From Bugula neritina (lineage: Eukaryota; Animalia; Bryozoa), in the NCBI GenBank assembly GCA_964035545.1, contig OZ037772.1:2046001-2110000 (forward strand): a stretch of DNA of 64,000 bases. The letters are read 5' to 3'. Position 1 is the first letter of the stretch, and each line of letters opens with the position of its first letter. The translations under genes and the position numbers were made by a program. Shown in pieces: positions 53,001-64,000 of the stretch. The notes beneath the pieces are model-generated. The model saw nothing but the letters and a program-made list of their open reading frames with translations. It did not search any database and was not told the DNA's origin.

Positions 53001-53760
53001 GTCGCATCGTAGGTCTGGGGGGTTTTGTTGCCGTCCTCTTACTCTTCCTTGAGTGGTTGTATGTTATCGTCGCAACCAATTGTCCCAGTCTAGTCATCAA
53101 GCGGCTTATCTCCATCTCTATGGGGGGTTTAGTGGTCGCGGCAGCTATGCGGACCGGATGGTCTGGTTCCCTAGAGGTCTGGGGAGTGGCCTCTTCCGTC
53201 TTATAGAGTCGCTCGGCTCCAGCGTAGGCCTTGTTCTCCTGGATTGCAGCCTCGATTGTGGTCACTCCCTTGGCTTGTAACTGGTGGTGGAAGTCCAAAG
53301 AGTTGAGGGACTGTACAAAGGCTTCGAATGTGTAGTGCCGTCTGTGTGTTTCTGGCAGATCGCTATACGCGGTCCGTGCCAGTCTCTGCACCAGAGTGGC
53401 GTGGTCAGAAAGCGGTGTACATGTCTTGCGGAGTAATCCTCGCAGCCTGGACTTGGCGACGGCAACGGGCATGCCAAAACGGGCCCGTAGTGTAGCAATG
53501 ATCCCGTTTACGCTAGGCTTCCACCCGTACGGCTTGGCTTCTTCCGTCAGTGCCATCCGCAGTTTTGTAAGAGTTACTCTTGGCGGCCATCTTGTAATGG
53601 CTGCAGCTTCATGGAACTCTTGAACGAATTGTTCAATATCCTCGCGGCCTGTGAACACGGGAACCTCTAATGTGTTCCTATATACCTCCTCTCCAGCTCC
53701 GAGAGGGCCTATAATAATGTTCTGCTCACCTCCTTCCATTGAAGTTACTCCCTCGTCCAT
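50002..53760 (-). CDS. gag-pol: gag-PR-RT-RNase H polyprotein of element B in a single frame (1252 aa, ends prematurely before integrase)
   Basis: LLDSG protease, LPFGL/YLDD reverse transcriptase, DTDAS/ELLA/TDH RNase H motifs. Confidence 0.95.
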   Translation of the reverse strand: MDEGVTSMEGGEQNIIIGPLGAGEEVYRNTLEVPVFTGREDIEQFVQEFHEAAAITRWPPRVTLTKLRMALTEEAKPYGWKPSVNGIIATLRARFGMPVAVAKSRLRGLLRKTCTPLSDHATLVQRLARTAYSDLPETHRRHYTFEAFVQSLNSLDFHHQLQAKGVTTIEAAIQENKAYAGAERLYKTEEATPQTSREPDHPVRIAAATTKPPIEMEISRLMTRLGQLVATITYNHSRKSKRTATKPPRPTMRRWESGNQGHRHPSGPQFKRQQKPQPPRRPPELRGPTPRGKRGGCRQEPVRAQQHTPRQWQTPRRTSQPGRPRDPFSLPLTNRFGPLPVMEQTSEAPQGIGEDQNTSPQGNSHRPRKPRNKRAQPRSAETEHAGGVRVQPHGGSYFLPGKVAGKAVTFLLDSGCTTNLLSRRVFDTLPLKERGALAPYTGEPGTLADGSRIPFYGIIELAGRVRDQAIQETFVISPLEEDAILGMSFLKRHGCHIDFSKSAMLMGGKELTCVDKFGRPLAGGVQVVRNCTIPGCSRATVHCRVNNSQLSGLGVVEGAHTRIQLASSLNRLTDRGEILVKCVNPFSEAVQLPSGSMLGRFHSIQEEDIGPSLGAATEGPQQSPSVRRGTVPKHVKELYQAACGGCTGNVERQTMAQLLRDYSDVFSSGDHDVGLTTAVRHEIPLAAGTTPIRQPTRRLGPEKEKEVSQQVRNLLDRGLIEPAHSAWSSPVVLVRKKDGSWRFCVDYRKLNSVTIQDAYPLPRIDESLDALAGSKYFSTLDLLSGYWQVPLSPDAQEKAAFITRDGLWKWKVLPFGLTSAPATFQRLMEQVLSGLHWKTLLVYLDDVIVISPDFQTHVSRLREVFDRLRGANLKLKPSKCALLQPEVKYLGHIVGRHGVATDPEKVRAIEDWVTPQDLTGLRAFLGLVGYYRQYIPDFAGVAQPLNRLTAKGVTWQWTPVEQRAFDCLKGRLLEAPILAYPDPALEYILDTDASDQNVGAVLSQVQEGREVVVAYYSKSLSPTERNYCTTRKELLAVIKSVKHFRPYLYGRKFRLRTDHASLIWLCKRAEPSSQVARWLEVLAEFSYRIEHRPGKKHGNADGLSRRPDEGCKQCLNIEKRDGGPPKSELRALNHSETEYDWDQGQLLQKAATPPEAIQRLRANPVLADNVRELRRLQEDLPGVVADVYRAKKEGRRPSEEQLRQGCTELRSYCQRWDSLRIGPDGLLTITVAAHNNQYGRKRVICPAAIDKS

Positions 53761-53802
53761 GATGTTCTAATACTTCTCATTGTTCTCATACAGTAGCTAG
53801 AA

Positions 53803-53820
53803 ATCCCACCGCTGCCACCA
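53803..53820 (-). promoter_or_regulatory. Primer-binding site (tRNA-Leu) of element B
   Basis: TGGTGGCAGCGGTGGGAT, 1 nt inside the 5' LTR. Confidence 0.9.
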
Positions 53821-53821
53821 C

Positions 53822-54093
53822 TGTAGTAATTTGTGTAACTACTATGCGTGGGTTCCTAGCTTGTAATTATGTCTATTTATCTACACCAATAAAGTATTTA
53901 AGTAAGAGTTTCCAAAGTTTATTTACTACTAATTATATAAAAGATACAGCACGTACACAGATTAGAGATTACATCTTCGCTTAGTTAACACGCTCTCTCT
54001 ACTGCAAAACTACTACTAGCTGAGGGTTATCACGTGATGCACACGGATAGGCTGAAGGAATACGAGGGACGCGCGTATTACGTCCTCACTACA
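53822..54093 (-). repeat. 5' LTR of element B
   Basis: 272 bp, adjacent to the PBS, followed by the ATAC TSD. Confidence 0.97.
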
Positions 54094-55585
54094 ATACTAG
54101 TAATAATACTAATAGTAATTAGTAATGCTGTGATAGTAATAGTAGTACTCACTAATCTATCACCATCAGTACCAACCTTATTTATTAAGTTTAAGAATTA
54201 TGATTATCTACTTCTAGTTCTAGTCTTTAAAAGTTGAATTATTATTGTTATTATTACTAGTTTATATTACCAAGTTATATTACCAGGTTATGTTACCAAG
54301 TTATATTACTAGTTTATGTTACCAAATTATATTACCAGTTTATGTTACTAAGTTATATTACCAGGTTATGTTACCAAGTTATATTACTAGTTTATGTTAT
54401 CAAGTTATATTACTAGTTTATGTTACCAAGTTATATTACTAGTTTATGTTACCAAGTTATATTACTAGTTTATATCACCAAGTTATATTACAAGTTTATA
54501 TTACCAAGTTATATTACTAGTTTATGTTACCAAGTTATATTACTAGTTTAAATCACCAAGTTATATTACTAGTTTATACTGCTAGTATTCAACAACTACC
54601 CTCCAGCACATCTCAACTCTGACGCAACTGCACTGGATAATCATCCGTATAGTTTATAGTTTATGTTGAACTCTTCAGACCCTGAGAACTGTGCGTGTGG
54701 CTTCACCTGCGAGTGTGGTGCCTGTGTTGGGGTATGTGACCTTGACAGAGACTGTGGGAAGCTGCAGATCTGTTTGGAGAAAAGATGTTATCAGCAGGCC
54801 TCACCAGATGACAGGACAGTTGTCTGGGATCTTTATCACTCAGAACTAGTAGAACGTTCTTCAGGTTTGAATGCGAAATCTTTGTTCTAAACTCTATTAG
54901 AGTTTAAAAGTGTTGCTTTCTGTTGTACTTATATCTGTGCTGGCCAGGATTTTTGAATGATTTTTATTATGTATTTACATAACAGAGTGTAAACTTAAAG
55001 CTGAATTTGCTTTATTTTCTACATATTTTGGTTTGCGATTTTTCAGTAGAAACGAGGTATCACACTTGGTGTGATTATCAGCATTTTTTGCAGGTGCTTC
55101 TATCCGTGTACTGACAACACAGCCTGTCCTAGTGATGGACAGATCTGTCACCATGGTGTCTGTAAAGAGGGCTGTCAGGTGAGTAGTCGCTATGACCTAC
55201 ACTGCGAGTTATTGATGACTTTCATACTATGAGTTGTGACTACCTACTATAATTTATACTGCGAGTCCAAGTATCTGCTGTAACTTATGCTGTGAGTCAT
55301 GACTAACTGATTTCACTTATACTGTGAGTCAATTATCAAAAATAGCAAAGAAGTAGAGATATGTTGTGTATGTGAGATATGTGAGGTTATTTAGTGACTA
55401 GTTCGCTATTTATAGAGTTTTGTTTCTATTAATAGACTGTACTGAAGATGAACAATGTGGATCTGAGTTTACTGAATGCATATCCAACATATGCTATCAG
55501 CTTTATCCTCTCAACAATCCAGATCTTTCTGATGCTGAGCAGGACAGACTCTTTGATGATCGGCTGGACCTACAGAATGATGGTA

Positions 55586-56645
55586 AGTTACTCTGTTAAT
55601 ATAGTTACTCTGTTAGTATAGTTACTCTGTTAGTATAGTTACTCTGTTAGTACAGTTACTCTGTTAGTATAGTTACTCTGTTAGTACAGTTACTCTGTTA
55701 GTATAGTTACTCTGTTAGTATAATTACTCTGTTAGTATAGTTACTCTGTTAGTATAATTACTCAGTTAGTACAGTTACTCTGTTAGTATAATTACTCTGT
55801 TAGTACAGTTACTCTGTTAGTATAGTTACTCTGTTAGTACAGTTACTCTGTTAGTATAGTTACTCTGTTAGTATAGTTACTCTGTTAGTATAATTACTCA
55901 GTTAGTACAGTTACTCTGTTAGTATAGTTACTCTGTTAGTATAGTTACTCTGTTAGTACAGTTACTCTGTTAGTACAGTTACTCTGTTAGTATAGTTACT
56001 CTGTTAGTACAGTTACTCTGTTAGTACAATTACTCTGTTAGTTTAGTTACTCTGTTAGTACAGTTACTCTGTTAGTATAATTACTCTGTTAGTATAGTTA
56101 CTCTGTTAGTATAATTACTCAGTTAGTACAGTTACTCTGTTAGTATAATTACTCTGTTAGTACAGTTACTCTGTTAGTATAGTTACTCTGTTAGTACAGT
56201 TACTCTGTTAGTATAGTTACTCTGTTAGTATAGTTACTCTGTTAGTATAATTACTCAGTTAGTATAGTTACTCTGTTAGTATAGTTACTCTGTTAGTACA
56301 GTTACTCTGTTAGTACGGTTACTCTGTTAGTACAGTTACTCTGTTAGTATAGTTCCTCTGTTAGTATAGTTACTTTGTTAGTATAGTTACTCTGTTAGTA
56401 TAGTTACTCTGTTAGTATAGTTACTCTGCTAGTACAGTTGCTCTGCTAGTATAGTTACTCTGTTAGTACAGTTACTCTGTTAGTATAGTTACTCTGTTAG
56501 TATAATTACTCTGTTAGAATAGTTACTCTGTTAGTATAGTTACTCTGTTAGTATAGTTACTCTGTTAGTACAGTTACTCTGTTAGTATAGTTACTCTGTT
56601 AGTATAATTAATCTGTTAGTATAGTTACTCTGTTAGTTTAGTTAC
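55586..56645. repeat. 17-bp minisatellite (GTTACTCTGTTAGTATA), ~62 units
   Basis: Direct read. Confidence 0.96.
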
Positions 56646-56899
56646 AGTAACAGTTTGCTAGTCATAATAACTTTCACTGTTAGTTGCTTAACAAGTTATT
56701 CTACATCTCTCGTAGCCACAACCAAAGTGGTGTCTATATATCCTGCTAGTGACTTGAGTAATGACTCATATGTCTCCTACACTACGAGTGGTCAGCTTGC
56801 AGCAGTGTTGGAAGAGAGTGGAGACAACTTGGATCAGAGGTATAGGTATTGCTTAGTATAAGTTATACCGTTACCATATATAAGCAGAGTGACAGATGA

Positions 56900-57030
56900 A
56901 CTGACTGACTGACTGACTGACAAACTGACCGACTGACTGACTGACAAACTGACTGACTGACTGACTGACTGACTGACTGACTGACTGACTGACTGACTGA
57001 CTGACTGACTGACTGGCTGACTGACTGGAC
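56900..57030. repeat. (GACT)n microsatellite
   Basis: Direct read. Confidence 0.95.
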
Positions 57031-57918
57031 AGACAAACAGATAGGTAAATATCGATCAGATATATAGTGAAGCTACCAACTGAGACCCAGACTGTGTTTT
57101 GATACTGGTATATGATATCCTTCTACAATGTGTTTACAGTTCACTGTACAAAGTATAGTTCCATCAGATGGACTCGCTCTACTCATGTGTAAGACTCATC
57201 AAGAATGTCTACCCAATCAGATCTGTGTTAACGAGGTGTGCACACTGACGTGTAAAAGTGACTCTGAGTGTGCATCCAACCAGGTTAGATACTGCATACA
57301 TGTCTCTATCATAGCAAGTATTTCACAAACTATTCTGAAACCCATACTTTTATTGTTCAATGTCTATGTATTCTCCACCATGTTTTTACTAGAAGTAAAC
57401 TTTATTTCAGTAATGAGTTTAAAATAAATTATTGTTTCGCATTGTACAGTTTATTATTGCCTGAATCTTGTAATAAGAAGATTGATAATATTAGAGCAGC
57501 TATGTGATTGGCTTAACAATATCAGAGCAGGGATTTGATTGGCTTAACAATATCAGTGCAGCGATGTGATTAGCTTTACAATATCAGAGTAGGGATGCTA
57601 TTGGCTACTCTGTTCTGTTCTGCAGGGCTTCAGAAGAGAAGAGGGGAAACGGGATTGCCCTGTGCTGTAGGAGATGCTGGAAGACCCGGACCTCAATGTC
57701 CAATGGGAGAGAGCCGGTCGACTGGGCTCAAGAGATTCCTCAGACCAGTCGGTGCTCCTGGTTATCCTGGCCTGCAAGAACCGAGGTTGGTGAATAGTAT
57801 CTTTGTGGGGCTCACTGCTTGTGTGGAAGTCGTCTCCTCTGAATTATTTGGAAATATCGCTTGAGTTCCTTGCCCTGTATTATCAGTTAGCCACGCCTAG
57901 GTGTTTCACAGTTCATTA

Positions 57919-58418
57919 CAGGGTTGGGGTGATTGTAATTTGTAATTGTAATTTGTTGTATTTAATTACATTTTTTCAAGTAATTGAATGTAATTTGTAA
58001 TTGATGTATAAACATTTAATTGTAATTAATTACATATCTAATGTAATTGATTTTTACAATTACATCTCAATTACTTCAAACTTTTAAATCTTAAGAAATT
58101 CATTCTTTTTTAACATGCCTACTGTTAAATAACAAGTTCAGGTTAAGTCAATGTAGTATAGTATCAGTGTTGAGAACAAAGGAGGTTCCCCCCTGTCAAA
58201 ATTGCCCCTGCTAGGTGGACCCTAGAAGTGAAATTGCATAACTTTCATTTGTCCCTTGTGAGAACAAAAGTAATTGTAATTGTAATTAATTGCTTTACAA
58301 TGTAGTTTTGTAGTGTAATTAATTACATTTATTTCAACTGTAATTATAATTGTAATTGACAAATTCTCATGTAATTGTAATTAATTGCATTCACATGTAA
58401 TTGACCCCAACAACCCTG
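57919..58418. mobile_element. hAT-like MITE (500 bp) with TGTAAT-rich subterminal repeats
   Basis: Ends CAGGGTTG...CAACCCTG; 8-bp flanks GTTCATTA / GTTTATTA (7/8 match). Confidence 0.8.
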
Positions 58419-59490
58419 GTTTATTATGGAGCTCATACTTTTATTGTTCAAGGTCTAGATGTATTCTCCACCATGTTTTTACTAGAAGTAAACTTTAATT
58501 CGGTAATAAATTTAAAATAAATTGTTTAATTTCATATTTTGCTGTTTATTATTGCCTGAGTATTGTAATGAGAATATTGGCTTCACAATACCAGTGCAGC
58601 GATGTGATTGGTTTGACAGTATCAGAATAGTGATGTGATTGGCTAATCTGTTCTGTTCTGCAGGGCCATGCCTACTTGTATTATGTGTTAATCTTGTTTT
58701 GCAGTGAACAGAAAGGGATAATGGGTCCCAAAAGACACCCGGGATCTTACAGAACTGATGGAGAGGAAGGGTTCACCCGATGTTGATGGCCTGCCTGGTA
58801 TATCCGGCAATCCTGGAGATGCAGGAGAAAGGAGACCACCTTGTTTCTCAGGAGATACCGGACTTTTTGGAGAACCAGGTGATGTTTACGCTTAATTGAG
58901 TTCAATCTGTCAAGTTAAGTTGGGATCTTTTTCGTTTTCATTATTTTATGTTTGTTATGTGGAAAAGGGGAAACTCTGTCTCGAAGCATTTTTGTTTTTT
59001 CAGAGAGCTTTGGATTATTTTATTATGGTCTACACAGGGGTGTAGACAAACTAAACTACGCAGGGGTGTAAACAGACTAAACTACATAGGGGTGTAGACA
59101 GACTAGACTACACAGGGGTGTAGACAGACTAAACTACATAGGGGTGTAGACAGACTAAACTTACTACAAACTTATAACTACCTTGCATCATGCTGTCATG
59201 CCGTCTCCATTCTCTCTTATAATTTGACCTTTATTTAGCGAGCAGATTTCTAGTAGGCTATTCTATAGTGACCAGTCACACTGTTTATTATAGCAACATA
59301 GAAATCAAGTTGAAAACTAGTTGCACTTGTTGTGATGCTATCAATGGGTGCTTACAGGTAGAGACGGAGTACCTGGACCTGTTCAGATCGGATATCAGGG
59401 TAAACAAGGAGATCAAGGTCCTGCAGGTAAGAATGAGGAGTTACTCACCCTTGCTTGTGTATTTCTGTTCTTTTTAGGTATTCTATAATA

Positions 59491-59720
59491 TGCTGGGGTT
59501 TCCCTCACAGCTATTATATATGCTGGAATTCCCCTCACACCTATGCTATATGCCGGGGTTTCCCTCACAGCTATGCTATATGCTGGGGTTTCCCTCACAG
59601 CTATTATATATGCTGGAATTCCCCTCACACCTATGCTATATGCCGGGGTTTCCCTCACAGATATTCTATATGCTGGGGTTTCCCTCACAGATATGCTATA
59701 TGCTGGGGTTCTCCTCACAG
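59491..59720. repeat. 30-bp minisatellite, ~8 units
   Basis: Unit TGCTGGGGTTTCCCTCACAGCTATGCTATA; a single unit at the paralogous site ~10981-11003. Confidence 0.93.
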
Positions 59721-62700
59721 CTAGTCTGCACTAAGGCAGGGAGTAGGCTAAGTAATCATATTGAATCCCAGCAGTGCTTGTTACTTCAACTGACAGGATT
59801 ACTATGTATGATAGTTACTCTGACTGGTTTTCATGGATTATTTTTACCATACTGTTTGCCACATGATGCATTGTCTGAGTAAAAACAAGGAAACAAAGAA
59901 ATATACCAGAAATGTTGAGAATTGTGGTGTTCCAGAATTAATAAATGACCACTTGTAATGCGTACTGGTGCTGCTTGGTTCATAGGACCTGTCGAACAAG
60001 CTGGAGAACCTGGTCTGGATGGCAGAAATGGAAAGACAGGAGAAACTGCACGAACTAATATGCCTGGTCCAACCGGCTCAAGGGGGGTCACTGGAGAACC
60101 CGGATCTGATGGAAGGTATTTTTTGTGCTTTACTCTATTCAGCTTCTTGGAACTTTTTATTTGATTTAGTTTTTATAATTTGTTATCAATTTTTTCAGAG
60201 ACGGTTTACCTGGAGTACCGGGTGCTGATGGTAGACCTGGGGAGCAGGGTGATCAAGGACCTCCTGGCTCCATGGGTCCAGTGGGAATCTCCGGTAACCA
60301 GGGACCTGAAGGTGCTCAAGGAGACAAGGGTGATAAGGCAAGAACATTCTTTATTCAGTTTTCTATTTATTTCAGTTCTCTGGTTTTCCACTAGTCAATC
60401 CTGTAGTTGTTTATTTGTTTTAGTTTATTTATGTTAATACTAAAGTTGCTTCAGTGACATCACATGATGTAATATATTACATAACAGTGCAGTATAATAC
60501 ACCATAATATAATATGTTATACAATACAATAATATTACAGAAAATATAATTCACTAATATCTCACAGCTAAGTTGTGTCTCCTAAATATATTCATTACTA
60601 TAGGGGCCAGCTGGGCCAGAGGGTGCTTCTGGACCAACTGGATTGTCTGGGCCAACTGGTCCTCAGGGACCCCAGGGAGCTTCCGGGAATTCCCGGCGAA
60701 CAAGGACCTAAAGGTATGAATTAAGTTGAACCAATCTTTGTCCTTAGTTATTGGCCATCAACAGAATCTTGACTCTAAGAGTTATCCTACTTGGTAAGAA
60801 GGTAAGGCAATTCCTAACTCATGATAATATGAATATCATCTGCTGTTGTAAGACCCACTGGTTTCCAGGGACCTCAGGGATTCCTCGGAGCTCCTGGTGT
60901 TGATGGTGAAAGGGGAGATGTTGGATCAGTTGGCATTGCTGGACCCCCCGGGCTACGGGGTGCTGACGGCAAAGAAGGAATAACTGGTTCTTCTGGTGCT
61001 ATGGGGCCACCTGGACCTGATGGTGCTAAGGTAAACACTTACACTGTTAACAGGTTATTGTTATTCATCTTGTTGGTTTAGTGGTAATAAACCAATAGTT
61101 CTAGGGTGAGCAAAGGAGAGTTGGGGAAATGGGTAGTCCTGGCAGTCCTGGACCTCCTGGACCACCTGGTGAAGCCCCAATATTTGGTTAGTTATTAGCA
61201 AAACCAAGTTATTGTCCATTACTTGTATCTTTTTTATTTTCTTTCAACTGTTTATTGGTAATATTTTGGGAATTTCATCCATAGCCTGTGATTGAAGCTT
61301 TATTTTATTCTACCATGGGTTATGTTAGGTGCGCCCCCTATGATGATGAGTGCAATGATGTCCAACGGTAAAGGTGTACAAGCAGATGATGCAGGCGCCA
61401 ACAATGAGCTCTATAATATGTACCTCAGTGAGTAATGGCCATGATGTGCTTTGATGTTGCCTGCTTTGTAGCGAAAAAGCTCTTTTAAATAGTGTTTTGG
61501 AACTCAAACGAAAGACTCGTTTCAAATTGTGTGTATGTTTTTGCAGACAAACAATTTTGTAATTAACTGTTAGAAACTATTGTAATAAAAATATAGACAG
61601 CTGTTATAATGTATTTCTCCTCCTAGCATTGATGATTGACATTCTTGTTTGATGAGTCACGTATTTAGTTCGTTTCTTCAGTTAAATGTTTCTACATTCT
61701 GACATATTATATAATGTTGATTTTATTGCTGTTAGCTTACATAACTACTTCCACCTTATTTCTCTAGAAACAAAAGTAAGGGACGGGTCCAAAGACAGCC
61801 CTGTTAGAGACTGTAGAGAACTCTTCACTGAAAACCCAGAGTTCAAGAGTGGAACTTATTGGGTGAGATAAGATGCTGATATGTTTCTATTTTCTCTGCT
61901 CAGAAGAAATCTGCATCCAAGTCTAATGACTGAAATTCTGTGAACATGTTTTACATTCTACAATTACTACTCCTGAGGTGTCAATATCATGTCATGTGAA
62001 GTTTCCACAGATATTTAATGTTTAAGAATAAGAGTTTTTCCATGAGTTGCCTGTATTATATAATTCTGTATATTTAACAGCTGAACAGGTTTTAGAAGTT
62101 TTATGTGATGTTTGTATTGTGTTAGTGTGAAAAAGAGAAGTTGTATTCTCTATTGTTTGTTGTCAGGTGGATCCAGATGGTGGCTCCATAGCTAATGCTA
62201 TCCAGGCTTACTGTCGCAAGGAAATGAAGAGCACTTGTATTAATGCCAAGACCTCTGAGTTTGCCACCAAATCATACGTCACCCAGCAGCTAGATAATCA
62301 GCCATTCGTTGCTAAACACATGGGAACAACAATTGTGAGTGTTTATCTTGCATCAACGATGACTTTCTCAGTAATACTTGAGAATATTCAAAAGTTTTAT
62401 GTTGAGAATTGTCGCTATAGTAACATATTTGTTTACTGTATGGATGTTGATAAGTGTTGCTATAGTAACATGTTGGTTTCCTGTATGGATGTTGATAAGT
62501 GTTGCTATAGTAACATGTTGGTTTCCTGTATGGATTGTAGTTTGAGTATCAGGCAGAGTCTTCCCAACTCAACTTCCTTCGAATTCATTCTGAGAGAGCA
62601 AACCCTGACTTACAGGTAATAGTCACTGCTAGCAGCTTATCAAATAGTCACTAGTTGCTAGTCACCAGTTGCTAGTTGCCAATCACCAGATACTAGTCCT

Positions 62701-64000
62701 CTACTATGTTGCAAGTCACTTGATAATCTGAACAATCACAGGCTTTTTTAAGCTGAGCGAGTTGTTGGTATGACTATTCCTTTTGTCGATTGTAGATGTA
62801 TAAACTCAGTGGCGGTAGAAGCCGCATACGGTAGGAAGAATAAGTCAGTCATTTTATATACAGCTGGTGATAAAGAATACACAGCGACAGATAGCAGGTT
62901 TCAATATTCAGTGCTGCAGGATGATTGCAAGGTATGTAAATGTGACCTATATAATGTAAATCTGACCTATATAGTGTAAACCTGATCTATATAGTGTAAA
63001 TCTGACTTCTATAGTGTAAATATGACCTGCATATGCACATGATTGCGATAGTTGCATCTTTTGTTCTATTAATTTACTGTGGAGCTTGCTTTTGAGGCTT
63101 GTAATAAATGTTTACGAGTTCAACCCAAAAGCCACTTTGAGTGCTGTACGAGTTTAGAGTTTTGAGTTTGCCGTCTGCCATTTTGTAGTATGCCAAATCA
63201 TCAGAAGCTCAGACAGTGATTGAGATTGACACCAAGACCGCCACCCACTTGCCTATTATTGACATTGCTCCTGGTGACATCTGGACCACCCACAAAGAGT
63301 TTGGGGTTCAGCTTGGAGAAGTCTGCTTTTCATAGACTCATATCTAACAACAGTGTTATTTGGCTGATTTTTTAAAACTGTCCCTGATTAGATAATTAGT
63401 GGCCAATCAGAGAATTCAATCAATGTTGGTTGGCTGAGACCAGCAGTCTGATTCTTATATAACCTAATTGTTAAATGAAATATTTGATTACTCTAAATAA
63501 ATTTATCCGAGATTTCCAAGGCAGTGATGGTGATTTTTGTACATATAAATTTGAAGGAGTTTAGCTATAGGGTTTATGCTGTTTTTTTAATTATTTCACC
63601 ATAACCTGAGATTGTGAGTAGTAATTCTAGAATAAGGTAGGGAGGGTGTAAAGCCCTTCCCTATGACTTTATGTATTTAGAAACTGTTGTTAATTTAGTA
63701 ATTCTGTTGGTGCTACATTTTTAAATTCATTTAATCCAAACATTTCTCTATTACAAAATATATTTTACCATAAGGTGCTACACAATTTATTTCTCAGCTT
63801 GTAGATTACATCATCAAAATTATTGAAGTAATAAAATTGGTCCAGAATTTGTAAGAAGCTGCAGTTTTCAGATCTGATTATTTAACCTATTTATCCTGAA
63901 ATTAAACATTGTTAGTTTAAAATGGAGTGTAACATATATTTTAGTCACTTAATTCAAACTGTGTTGACCATATCAACATTTTAAATTTTACTTTGGCTGC

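Larger units (their letters stand above)
46524..54093 (-). mobile_element. Full-length Ty3/gypsy LTR retrotransposon B (7570 bp) with an extra 3' ORF
   Basis: Two 272-bp LTRs (TGTAGT...ACTACA), ATAC TSD (46520-46523, 54094-54097), PBS, PPT, gag-PR-RT-RH-IN order. Confidence 0.98.
54679..63335 (+). pseudogene. Cys-rich exons plus fibrillar collagen pseudogene, copy B (more complete)
   Basis: Cys-rich exons (CDLDRDCGKLQIC, CTDNTACPSDGQIC, CKTHQECLPNQIC...CKSDSECASNQ). Gly-X-Y exons 57.6-61.2 kb with many Gly>Arg/Cys/Asp changes and a frameshift (~58760). COLFI exons DGSKDSPVRDCREL...SGTYW | VDPDGGSIANAIQAYC | FEYQAESSQLNFLRIHS (frameshift) | CINSVA...LQDDCK | LPIIDIAPGDI...GEVCFS*. Confidence 0.88.
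54250..64000 (+). repeat. Segmental duplication copy B (homology continues to the window end)
   Basis: Colinear with ~6905-15385; the last bases of the window match ~15375-15385. Confidence 0.95.

Overview
AT-rich, intron-rich animal (invertebrate-type) genomic DNA; nothing prokaryotic. Two related but distinct minus-strand Ty3/gypsy LTR retrotransposons are present. The first is cut by the window start (1-~4772) and has a gag/-1-frameshift/pol layout. The second is full length (46524-54093; 272-bp LTRs differing at 2 sites, ATAC target-site duplication, tRNA-Leu PBS, PPT). Its pol is broken, but it carries an intact extra 362-aa ORF in the env position that looks like a nuclear regulator (acidic N-terminus, two C2H2-like fingers, PxVxL motif, basic NLS-like patch, coiled coil) rather than an envelope protein. 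An ~8.5-9.7 kb block occurs twice (~6.9-15.4 kb and ~54.2-64 kb); it holds Cys-rich exons plus a decayed fibrillar collagen (Gly-X-Y exons and COLFI domain). There is one apparently intact 7-coding-exon TRIM-like gene (RING, two B-boxes, coiled coil, beta-propeller; 19606-27307, +) and an inverted orphan last exon of a paralog. A 12-exon, internally deleted and 3'-truncated valyl-tRNA synthetase copy lies at 43436-35372 (-). The remainder is satellites/minisatellites, MITEs, and LINE and Penelope fragments. All calls come from manual reading and translation; no database searches were run.
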